From Oscillospiraceae bacterium (GTDB lineage: Bacteria > Bacillota > Clostridia > Oscillospirales > JAGBHD01), in the NCBI GenBank assembly GCA_018110785.1, contig JAGBHD010000009.1, forward strand, positions 940 to 64,939: DNA of 64,000 nucleotides, written 5' to 3'. Position 1 is the first letter of the stretch, and every line of letters starts with the position of its first letter. Shown here piece by piece: positions 19,412-27,074 of the stretch. The notes beneath the pieces are model-generated. The model was not told the DNA's origin, ran no database searches, and saw nothing but the letters and a program-made list of their open reading frames with translations. Position numbers and translations under genes: made by a program.

Positions 19412-20344
19412 ATGGGGGAAAAGGTTTATTTTGAAACGGCAGCCGCCGCTAGATATAGGCGAATTCGCTGTCGCATAAGCTATCCCGATAAAGCCCCTAA
19501 AGGCATTATTGTTATTATGCATTCGGCTTTGGAGCATTCGGGGCTTTATAAGGATTTTGAAAAGTATTTCAGCGAAAAGGGATATGCTTTAGTTTCTCAT
19601 GATGCCGCGGGACATGGTAAATCTGCGGTTGAAAAATTCGAGCTTGGATTTCTTTCAGATAGCTTAGGTTATCATGCAATTATTGAAGATGCTAAAAAGG
19701 TAGTAGAAACTGCAATCGCTAAAATAGCTGATAAATACGGAACTAACAGAAAAATTCCGATAACTATTTTCGGACAAGGACTTGGCTCCTCAGCTGCAAA
19801 GCTTTTAGCGGCTGAAAGCTGGTGCAAGGGCTTAGTTCTTATAGGAGATGCGGGGGCAGGAAATTTTCCGATGCTTAAAATCTGGTTTACAGAGCAGATA
19901 GCGCAGATTAAAGGGGATCGCAGTCGAAGCGATTTCTTTACCAAAATTGCCCTTGGAGCTGCCTTTAAGCCTCGCGAATTCAAAAGCTACAAGGAAGCCT
20001 TAACAAGCGATGAAAAGATGCTCTACGCTTATAATAGCGATCCTCTTTGCGGTTTTAATTTAACATTGAGCGCCGCTGCCGATTATCTCTCTATGAGATT
20101 AGCCGCAGACAGAAGCTATGATAATATAAATGAAAATATCCCTGTTTTTATTTTGTCTGGAGAAAAGGATATCTTTACCCGCGGAGCTAAAGCGGCTGAA
20201 GAGATAAAGGAAAAATTTCAGAGAGCGGGAAATGGAAACGTAACGGTTAAGATTTATCCTGAAGCCCGCCATCAGCTTCTTCGCGAATTTTGTCGAGAGG
20301 AAGTTTATAAAGATATAACCGAATTTTTAAAAACAGTTAAATAG
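19412..20344 (+). CDS. Alpha/beta hydrolase fold protein (lysophospholipase/monoacylglycerol-lipase-like; nucleophile Ser replaced by Gly)
   Basis: 310 aa with ..VIMHSALEHSGLYKDF..HDAAGHGKS.. and C-terminal ..EARHQLL... The nucleophile elbow reads FGQGLGSS instead of GHSMGG. Confidence 0.75.
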   Translation: MGEKVYFETAAAARYRRIRCRISYPDKAPKGIIVIMHSALEHSGLYKDFEKYFSEKGYALVSHDAAGHGKSAVEKFELGFLSDSLGYHAIIEDAKKVVETAIAKIADKYGTNRKIPITIFGQGLGSSAAKLLAAESWCKGLVLIGDAGAGNFPMLKIWFTEQIAQIKGDRSRSDFFTKIALGAAFKPREFKSYKEALTSDEKMLYAYNSDPLCGFNLTLSAAADYLSMRLAADRSYDNINENIPVFILSGEKDIFTRGAKAAEEIKEKFQRAGNGNVTVKIYPEARHQLLREFCREEVYKDITEFLKTVK

Positions 20345-20348
20345 AAAA

Positions 20349-20378
20349 AGTTCATCTCGGTTTGAGATGAACTTTTTT
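20349..20378. terminator. Bidirectional terminator between the hydrolase and SLOG genes
   Basis: AGTTCATCTC ggttt GAGATGAACT followed by TTTTT, with an A-run 5'. Confidence 0.8.
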
Positions 20379-20383
20379 ATTGC

Positions 20384-20878
20384 CTAAAATAAGTTTTCTA
20401 TTTCGAGGCCTTTTTCTTCGGCATATTCAACGGTATATTTAGTACCGCCCGAGCTGCCGTCGAAATAACATATAAGCTTATCGGAATTATCTACCATATA
20501 GCGGTTTCTGATATGATAACAGCCTTTGTTATAATTTTCCGATAAGAAAATTATTTCATCGCAGTAAGATAAGATTTCTTCATAGATTTCTTTATCTTTT
20601 TTACTCCATTTTTCCGCTTGATTTTTAAAGGGAAGCGCGGCAATAAGGCGAATTTCGCCCTTGTCGGTTTCCTTTTTTCTTTTTTTGCGGGTAATAACAG
20701 CCATAGCACAAAGCAAATCAAAGCCAATACAACCGCCTTGATAGAAGGTAAGATACCCCTCATTAACTGCTTTGTCAACGGCTCGGTAAAGCTTTATTTT
20801 TAAATTATCGATATCTTCTTTGTTTTGTGGCAATCGATAAGGCCGATGTCCGCTGAAGCAAACGGCTGAAGATTTCAT
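20384..20878 (-). CDS. DUF1273 / YpsA-like SLOG family protein
   Basis: 164 aa with ..CFSGHRP..LP.. and ..FYQGGCIGFD.., typical of the UPF0398/DUF1273 family. Confidence 0.7.
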   Translation of the reverse strand: MKSSAVCFSGHRPYRLPQNKEDIDNLKIKLYRAVDKAVNEGYLTFYQGGCIGFDLLCAMAVITRKKRKKETDKGEIRLIAALPFKNQAEKWSKKDKEIYEEILSYCDEIIFLSENYNKGCYHIRNRYMVDNSDKLICYFDGSSGGTKYTVEYAEEKGLEIENLF

Positions 20879-20908
20879 AAAACACCTCTTTTTTATAGAA
20901 ACAAGTTA

Positions 20909-20938
20909 ATTATATCAAAAGTCTTAAAAGCTTGTCAA
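20909..20938 (-). promoter_or_regulatory. sigmaA-type promoter for the SLOG gene: TTGACA, 18 nt, (TGa)TATAAT
   Basis: Minus strand reads TTGACA agcttttaagacttttga TATAAT. Confidence 0.6.
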
Positions 20939-20944
20939 TCAGAA

Positions 20945-20975
20945 GTCATAAACAAATGATTGTCCTCATAGTCAT
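20945..20975 (+). promoter_or_regulatory. Candidate sigmaE-type (mother-cell) promoter for spoIIIA operon
   Basis: GTCATA (20945-20950), 16 nt, CATAGTCAT (20967-20975). This resembles the sigmaE consensus (-35 xxATAxx, -10 CATACAxT). Confidence 0.45.
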
Positions 20976-21001
20976 TTATTAAAAAAGAAGGTGAAGAAAA
21001 A

Positions 21002-21892
21002 ATGACAGTCCGAGAAAATAACTTTATTTCCGCTATATCTCCGCTTCCCGAAAATATCCGCTCTCAACTTAAAAGCCAATCTCCCGAAATAATAAAAAAG
21101 GCTTCCGAAATAAGACTTAGAGCGGGCAGACCTATTTTATTAACGGGCGGCGGAAAGGATTTCCCGCTTTACAGCTTCGGTCAAGCCATTATAGCGAGAA
21201 AAGAGGATGTTTTAGAAACCTTTCGAAATATATGTGAGCATTCGCTCTATTCTCACGAAGAGGAACTAAAAAACGGATACATAACCTTTAAGGGGGGACA
21301 TCGAGCAGGTATTTGCGGGACAGCCTTTTCCAAAGAAGGAAAGGTAGCCGCAGTAAGGGATATTTCCTCCATCTGCATAAGAATTGCGGGGAATGAAGAA
21401 AATGCCGCAGGGGAGATATTTGATAAGGTTTTTTATAAAGATGGCTCGATAATGATTGCAGGTCCACCCGGTAGCGGCAAAACAACCATTTTAAGGGATT
21501 TTGCTCGAAAAGCGGGAAAATCGGTAGCGGTTGTAGATGAAAGGCTGGAGCTTTCGGGGAAAACGAGCGAGGATATTCTTTTGGCTGATGCCGATATTTT
21601 TTCGGGATACCCAAAGCCCCAAGGCATAGAAATCGCAACAAGGTGTTTCGCACCGAAAATAATAATCTGCGATGAAATTTCCCCAAATGATACCGATGCT
21701 CTGCTTAATGCGCTTTTTTCGGGAGTAAGGCTTATAACCAGCGTTCACGCGGGCAATAAAAAAGAGCTTTTCAGCCGCCCCTTTTTAAATAGGATTTTTG
21801 CTTCGGGCGCCTTTAAAACAGTAGTTTTATTAAAGGGAAGCTCTACCCCCGGAGAGGTAGAAGAAATTATAGATTTAGAGGGCAAAAATTGA
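21002..21892 (+). CDS. spoIIIAA: Stage III sporulation protein AA (ATPase)
   Basis: 296 aa with Walker A GPPGSGKTT; first gene of an 8-gene spoIIIA-type array. Confidence 0.9.
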   Translation: MTVRENNFISAISPLPENIRSQLKSQSPEIIKKASEIRLRAGRPILLTGGGKDFPLYSFGQAIIARKEDVLETFRNICEHSLYSHEEELKNGYITFKGGHRAGICGTAFSKEGKVAAVRDISSICIRIAGNEENAAGEIFDKVFYKDGSIMIAGPPGSGKTTILRDFARKAGKSVAVVDERLELSGKTSEDILLADADIFSGYPKPQGIEIATRCFAPKIIICDEISPNDTDALLNALFSGVRLITSVHAGNKKELFSRPFLNRIFASGAFKTVVLLKGSSTPGEVEEIIDLEGKN

Positions 21893-22314
21893 GGGCTTTA
21901 GGAATTATTTTAGGGGCGGCGGCAATTGTTTTATCGGGATTTTCATTAAGAGATTCTTTAAAAAAAAGAGTAAGGCTTTTGGAAAAACTGCAAAGAGAAA
22001 CAGAAAGCTTTAAAAAGGCAGTTTTAATATATAAAAAACCGATAGGTGAAATTATAAGGGAACTAACGTTGCCGCCGTTTTCGGAAAATTATAGGAGTTC
22101 TCCTAAAGATGAGCCGGCTTTTTTGATAGTTTCGGAATGTATTTATTTGATAAAACAATGCGGAGCGAGTGATGAGGGAGCTTTGATTTCAGATGCTATT
22201 CGTAAAATTAGGGAAATAAAGACTCAAGCCGAGAAAGAGCTTTCAGAAAAAGGCGCGATGTATATAAAGCTTTCGATTTGTTTAAGTTTATTGTTTATTG
22301 TTATTGTTATATAA
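21889..22314 (+). CDS. spoIIIAB: Stage III sporulation protein AB
   Basis: 141 aa with an N-terminal TM helix. Position and 4-nt overlap with spoIIIAA support the call. Confidence 0.75.
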   Translation: MRALGIILGAAAIVLSGFSLRDSLKKRVRLLEKLQRETESFKKAVLIYKKPIGEIIRELTLPPFSENYRSSPKDEPAFLIVSECIYLIKQCGASDEGALISDAIRKIREIKTQAEKELSEKGAMYIKLSICLSLLFIVIVI

Positions 22315-22326
22315 GGAGAGATAAAT

Positions 22327-22521
22327 TTGGAAGTAGATTTAATTTTTAAAATTGCGGCAGTCGGAATAATCGTAGCGGTATTAAACCAGCTCCTTATCCG
22401 TTCTGGGCGAGAAGAACAGGCAATGATGACGACAATAGCAGGACTTTGCGTTGTTTTAATGATGATAATAGGAGAAATAAGCCGCCTTTTTACAACCGTT
22501 AAGGAGGTGTTCGGGCTTTGA
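22327..22521 (+). CDS. spoIIIAC: Stage III sporulation protein AC
   Basis: 64 aa two-TM protein (..IFKIAAVGIIVAVLNQLL..GREEQA..); TTG start. Confidence 0.85.
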   Translation: MEVDLIFKIAAVGIIVAVLNQLLIRSGREEQAMMTTIAGLCVVLMMIIGEISRLFTTVKEVFGL

Positions 22522-22898
22522 ACTTCGTTTCGGTTCTCGGAGCGGGAATAGTTTTTTCTATTATTGCTCTGGTGCTGAAAGATAAAAAGAGGGAATATGC
22601 CTTATTGGTTTCCATAGGCGGCGGTATCTTTATAGCGTTAGCCGCCCTATCTCTCCTAACACCCGTTTTAGATTCCGTTAAAGCCTTTTTAAGCGATACG
22701 GATTTTCAAAATATAAAGATTGTAATAAGGGCTTTAGGAATAGGATATTTGACCGAATTTGCCGCCGATGCCGCGAAAGATGCGGGAGAAGCCTCCCTCG
22801 CTTCTAAAATAGAAATGTTTGGAAAAGCCGCAGTTATAGCGGTATCTCTCCCTATCTTAACAGGACTTTTTGAAGCTATAAAGGATTTGCTTTTATGA
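22518..22898 (+). CDS. spoIIIAD: Stage III sporulation protein AD
   Basis: 126 aa polytopic protein with ..GIGYLTEFAADAAKDAGE... Confidence 0.85.
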   Translation: MNFVSVLGAGIVFSIIALVLKDKKREYALLVSIGGGIFIALAALSLLTPVLDSVKAFLSDTDFQNIKIVIRALGIGYLTEFAADAAKDAGEASLASKIEMFGKAAVIAVSLPILTGLFEAIKDLLL

Positions 22899-23935
22899 AA
22901 AAATTGATGTTTATAATTATCTTTTTATTAGGCTTTACTATAACTGCCTTTGCCTCAGTAGAAAGCGAAATAGAAGAAATAAAGGACATTTATGATTCCT
23001 CGGGGGAGATAACAGACGCGGTAAACGGCGGATTTTCCGAGTTTTTGAATTTGCTTAAAGAAAGGGTTTTGAATTATAAAGATATTTTTAAAAATGCCGT
23101 TTATCTTGTAGCGGTTTCGGTTTTCAGCGCTTTTTCAAAGGGATTTTCGAGCAATCGTATCGGCTCTTCAAAGGCGGTTGATTTTGCGGCAAGTGCCGCG
23201 GTAATGTCATTAACCTTAATTCCAGGGATAGAGGCAGTTTCAGCGGTTAGTAATTTTTTGAAATCGGCTTCTTCTTTTTTAACCGCCTTTGCTCCCGTAT
23301 ATGCGGGAATATCTGCCGCATCGGGGCAGATATTAGAAGGCGGTAGCAGCGCCTATTTTATTTTAACCCTTTCTTCAATAATATCAGCATTAACAGGCGC
23401 CGCGATTATTCCGCTTTTGTCGGTTTATCTATGTCTTTCTTCTGTGGGCGGGGTGTTTTCGGGCATAGATATTTCTCCGCTCTGCGAGGGAATAAAAAAG
23501 GTAACAAACATATTTCTCGGTTTCTTCTCGGCGGTATTCGTTGGATTTTTATCCCTAAAGACTTCGGTTGCCAGCGCATCGGATTCCCTTACAATGCGCG
23601 GAATAAAATTTGCGGCAGGCTCCTTTTTCCCCGTAGTAGGCTCGGCGCTTTCTGAGGCTATTTCAACGGCGGGCGGGTATCTCGGTATTATAAAAAGCTC
23701 ATTTGGCTTTTTCGGAATAGCGGTTTTGGTATTTTTGTTTTTGCCGGTTGCCATATCTCTGCTTTTATGGATGACCTCGCTTACAATTTCTCTCTCAGCC
23801 GCCTCGGCTGTCGGCGAGGAAGCTATGGTGCGTTCTTTAAAATCTCTTCGCAGCGCCTTTTCGCTTTTATGGAGTATATCGGCTGTATTTTTGCTTTTAA
23901 GTATTATATCAATAGGAGCTGTTATTCCCAAATGA
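22895..23935 (+). CDS. spoIIIAE: Stage III sporulation protein AE
   Basis: 346 aa with a signal peptide plus multiple TM helices. Supported by operon position. Confidence 0.8.
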   Translation: MKKLMFIIIFLLGFTITAFASVESEIEEIKDIYDSSGEITDAVNGGFSEFLNLLKERVLNYKDIFKNAVYLVAVSVFSAFSKGFSSNRIGSSKAVDFAASAAVMSLTLIPGIEAVSAVSNFLKSASSFLTAFAPVYAGISAASGQILEGGSSAYFILTLSSIISALTGAAIIPLLSVYLCLSSVGGVFSGIDISPLCEGIKKVTNIFLGFFSAVFVGFLSLKTSVASASDSLTMRGIKFAAGSFFPVVGSALSEAISTAGGYLGIIKSSFGFFGIAVLVFLFLPVAISLLLWMTSLTISLSAASAVGEEAMVRSLKSLRSAFSLLWSISAVFLLLSIISIGAVIPK

Positions 23936-24360
23936 ATACAATAACCTCTATAGGCCTTTCTTTAACAGGCTCCGTTCTTGCGGCGGCTCTGCTCTCTGTT
24001 TTATATCCTTCGCTTTCGGGCAAAAAGCTCTATACCGCATTAACGGGGGTGTATCTCATTATATCCTTTATCTCTTTGTTTAAAAATATTTCTCTCGATT
24101 TTTCGGTAAGCGAAGAGGTATATTCTCCCGAAAGCTATGAAACCTTTGGCGAGGAGCTTACAATAAAATATTTCGAAGAAAACATTAAAACCATAATAGT
24201 AGAAAAAACCGGAATAGATAAGGGAGATATTTTCATAGAATTAAAAAAAGACGATGAAAAAAATCTATCAATAGAAAGCATAAAGGTTAAAACAAAAACA
24301 ACAAAATACCTTGAAGAACTATCATCTGTTTTAGGAACGGAAATAGAGGTGATAAATTGA
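23932..24360 (+). CDS. spoIIIAF: Stage III sporulation protein AF
   Basis: I chose the ATG at 23932, which overlaps the spoIIIAE TGA as ATGA. The longer ORF from 23767 would lie inside spoIIIAE. Two N-terminal TM helices. Confidence 0.7.
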   Translation: MNTITSIGLSLTGSVLAAALLSVLYPSLSGKKLYTALTGVYLIISFISLFKNISLDFSVSEEVYSPESYETFGEELTIKYFEENIKTIIVEKTGIDKGDIFIELKKDDEKNLSIESIKVKTKTTKYLEELSSVLGTEIEVIN

Positions 24361-24830
24361 GAGGAAAACTCAAAAAACTTTTAAGCAATAAAAACTATTT
24401 AATTATAGCCTTGGGAGCCTTAGGACTGATTCTAATTTTCTTTTCTTCGATTAAATTACCTCAAACAACAGAAAATCAGGCAGACTACAGAGTTGAAGCC
24501 GAAGAAAGGCTTAGCAGTATGATAGAAAGCATAGAGGGGGCAGGAAAAACCAAGGTAATGGTAACCTTGAAAAATAATGGGGAACAGATATACAAGGAAA
24601 CAAGAGAGGTCGATATTTCGGGAGAATATCGCGATGAGGTAGTTATAGTTAACGGACAAAACGGAAACGAGGCTTTAACAACAAAAACCCTATACCCAGA
24701 AATTTTAGGTGTTTTGGTTGTTTGCGAGGGGGGCGAAAATATAACTGTCCGAGAGGAAATAATGAAGCTTGTAAGCGCGGTTTACGGAATCGGCCGCGGC
24801 AATATTTATGTTTGTAAATTATCAGAATAG
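24357..24830 (+). CDS. spoIIIAG: Stage III sporulation protein AG
   Basis: 157 aa with an N-terminal TM helix and C-terminal ..VLVVCEGG.. block. Supported by operon position. Confidence 0.8.
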   Translation: MRGKLKKLLSNKNYLIIALGALGLILIFFSSIKLPQTTENQADYRVEAEERLSSMIESIEGAGKTKVMVTLKNNGEQIYKETREVDISGEYRDEVVIVNGQNGNEALTTKTLYPEILGVLVVCEGGENITVREEIMKLVSAVYGIGRGNIYVCKLSE

Positions 24831-24841
24831 GAGAGAAAGTT

Positions 24842-25378
24842 ATGAAAATGAATATGGTTATAGGAAAAAAACAGCTCGTTTTGGCATCTTTGGTTGTAGG
24901 TCTTTCTTTAGCGGTTTATCTTAATTGGCAGTTTTCCAAGGTCAACGGCGATTTTACGGTTTCCGATATATTGGAATCGGATAAGAATTACGGCGAATCG
25001 GTTTTAACGGGAGCAGAAGAAACAGAAGAATGCGAGATGCTTATAAATGCCCGAATAACAAGAGATACTGCTCGCGACGAGGCTTTAGAGGCATTATCAT
25101 CTATAACAACGGATACTGCGCTTTCAAAAGAGGAAATAGCATCTTTAACGGCTAAAGCAGAGGCTTTAAGCGCCAATATCGAAAAGGAAAGCAAGGCCGA
25201 AAGCATTATAAAAGCCAAAGGAATGAATTCTGTTGTGCATATAACGGACGATAAAGCAAATATAACCGTTCAGTCTGAAGCGGGGCTTTCTTCCAAACAA
25301 GCTGTTCAGATTCAGGAGGTCGTTATAAGCGAGTGCGGAATAAAGCCGGAAAAAATAGTGATAGTAGAAGTAAAATAA
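24842..25378 (+). CDS. spoIIIAH: Stage III sporulation protein AH
   Basis: 178 aa with an N-terminal TM helix and a charged coiled region. It is the last gene of the array. Confidence 0.75.
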   Translation: MKMNMVIGKKQLVLASLVVGLSLAVYLNWQFSKVNGDFTVSDILESDKNYGESVLTGAEETEECEMLINARITRDTARDEALEALSSITTDTALSKEEIASLTAKAEALSANIEKESKAESIIKAKGMNSVVHITDDKANITVQSEAGLSSKQAVQIQEVVISECGIKPEKIVIVEVK

Positions 25379-25381
25379 ATG

Positions 25382-25410
25382 TTGAGAATTTTAAAATAAT
25401 GTGATAGAAT
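25382..25410 (+). promoter_or_regulatory. sigmaA-type promoter: TTGAGA, 17 nt, (TGa)TAGAAT
   Basis: TTGAGA (25382-25387), spacer attttaaaataatgtga, TAGAAT (25405-25410). It lies upstream of the asp23-like gene. Confidence 0.55.
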
Positions 25411-25451
25411 GTATATGTATAGATATGTACACCTAAAAGGAGGACTGAAAA

Positions 25452-25799
25452 ATGTCGTTAGAAGAAAAGAAAACCAAAGGAAATCTTAAGATAAGTGAGA
25501 ATGTTATCGAAACCATCGCCGCAACCGCCGCTGCAGAAACCCATGGTGTAGCAGCGCTCGTTCCTGCTCCCAATTTAAAGGGAACATTAAAGGCATCTGC
25601 TCCTGAGGCAGGTGTTGTTGTTAAGATGACAGGCGACGTTGCAAAAATAGATGTTTATGTTAAGGTTTTAAAGGGAACTAAAATTCCCGAGGTTGGAGAT
25701 AATATTCAGAAGAGCGTTAAAAGCGCAGTTCAGAGCATGTCCAAGGTAATCGTTGAAAAGGTAAATGTTATTATTGCAGGAGTTAAAGAAGAGGAATAG
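25452..25799 (+). CDS. Asp23/Gls24 family envelope stress protein (YqhY-like)
   Basis: 115 aa with ..ISENVIETIAATAAAETHGVA... Confidence 0.85.
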   Translation: MSLEEKKTKGNLKISENVIETIAATAAAETHGVAALVPAPNLKGTLKASAPEAGVVVKMTGDVAKIDVYVKVLKGTKIPEVGDNIQKSVKSAVQSMSKVIVEKVNVIIAGVKEEE

Positions 25800-25803
25800 G
25801 CAA

Positions 25804-26181
25804 ATGACAAGAAGAGAGCAAAGGGAACAGGCGTTTTTGCTGATTTATCAGAACCTTTTCGGTGAAGAAATAGAAAAAAAAGAATGTACCTTATGGGAAT
25901 ATGAGGAAAATGAGTTTACAACCTCGCTTGTAAACGGTGTTTCCGAAAAAAAAGAAGAGCTTGATTCAATTATAGAAAAATTCCTCAAGGGCTGGACAAT
26001 TAAGCGCTTATCAAGCGTTTCTTTAGCCGTTCTTCGTATGGCGGTTTATGAAATGAAATATGTCGGAACACCGGCAAGCGTTGTTATCAATGAAGCGGTA
26101 GAGCTTGTAAAAAGCTATTCTCTTCCGCCCGATCCGTCATTCGTAAACGGAGTTTTATCATCGGTAGAGAAATCATTATGA
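25804..26181 (+). CDS. nusB: Transcription antitermination factor NusB
   Basis: I chose the ATG at 25804 (MTRREQREQAFLLIYQ..). The upstream ORF extension overlaps the asp23-like gene. Confidence 0.85.
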   Translation: MTRREQREQAFLLIYQNLFGEEIEKKECTLWEYEENEFTTSLVNGVSEKKEELDSIIEKFLKGWTIKRLSSVSLAVLRMAVYEMKYVGTPASVVINEAVELVKSYSLPPDPSFVNGVLSSVEKSL

Positions 26182-27074
26182 AAAATGCATTTCTCGGTAT
26201 AGATACCAGCTGCTACAGAACCTCCGCCGCATTATATTTTGAAGACGGAAGCTATATTTCAAGCCGAAAGCTTTTAGAAACTAAAAAGGGCTCGCTCGGG
26301 CTTCGTCAGAGCGATGCTCTCTTTATGCATGTCAGAGATTTAAGTTCAATATTAAAAAAACTTAATATCTCTGAATATAATATCAAGGCAGTAGGAGTAT
26401 CAGAAAAACCAACCGAGGAAGAGAAAAGCTATATGCCCGTTTTTTTGGCAGGAATTTTAGCCGCTGAAGCCATAGCAGATTCTCTTGGGGTGCCCTTATA
26501 TCGTTTTACACATCAGCAGGGGCATATAAGAGCGGCAATGATAGGTGGCGGTGATGTAAAGCCGCCGTTTTATGCTTTTCATATTTCAGGCGGAACTACC
26601 GAGTGTACTTTTGTAGATGAAAAATTTTCTTGCAAACCGATTTTGAAAAGCTCCGACCTAAAGGCGGGACAAGCTATAGACCGATTAGGTGTTCGCTTAG
26701 GTCTTGATTTTCCTGCGGGAGCCGAGCTTGATGAATTATCTAAAAAGAGCAACTTAGAATTTAAAATAAAGCCCAGTATGAAAAACGGGAACCCATCTTT
26801 TTCAGGGCTTCAGAATAAATATGAAAAAATGCTTGCCGATGGAAAGAAAAGAGAAGATGTAGCAAAATTTGTTTTTGTTTATATAGCAGAAGCCTTAAAG
26901 GCTATGATGAAAAAGATAGGAGATAATGAAACCTTTGTTTTTTCGGGTGGTGTTTCGGCAAACAGCGTTATAAGAGATACTTTAAGCGGAAAGGGGCGCT
27001 TGTTCGCATCGCTTGAGCTTTGCGGAGATAATGCGGTCGGCGTAGCTGCGCTGGCGTGTGATAGATATGAATAG
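26178..27074 (+). CDS. Kae1/TsaD-like (peptidase M22 / ASKHA fold) protein, short paralogue
   Basis: 298 aa. N-terminal LGIDTSCYRTSAAL (ASKHA phosphate-1 motif as in TsaD) and an HQQGH (HxxxH) metal motif. ATGA overlap with nusB. Confidence 0.65.
   Translation: MKNAFLGIDTSCYRTSAALYFEDGSYISSRKLLETKKGSLGLRQSDALFMHVRDLSSILKKLNISEYNIKAVGVSEKPTEEEKSYMPVFLAGILAAEAIADSLGVPLYRFTHQQGHIRAAMIGGGDVKPPFYAFHISGGTTECTFVDEKFSCKPILKSSDLKAGQAIDRLGVRLGLDFPAGAELDELSKKSNLEFKIKPSMKNGNPSFSGLQNKYEKMLADGKKREDVAKFVFVYIAEALKAMMKKIGDNETFVFSGGVSANSVIRDTLSGKGRLFASLELCGDNAVGVAALACDRYE

Noticed and set aside
23425-23931. 168-aa minus-strand ORF antisense to spoIIIAE
   Set aside because: It lies wholly inside a conserved operon gene on the other strand, and I saw no independent expression signals.
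23767-23931. 55-codon N-terminal extension of spoIIIAF in the ORF track
   Set aside because: The extension lies out of frame inside spoIIIAE. The ATG at 23932 forms the typical ATGA overlap, and the TM-helix protein begins there.
25765-25803. 13-codon N-terminal extension of nusB
   Set aside because: It overlaps the end of the asp23-like gene. The ATG at 25804 gives the canonical NusB N-terminus (MTRREQREQAF..).
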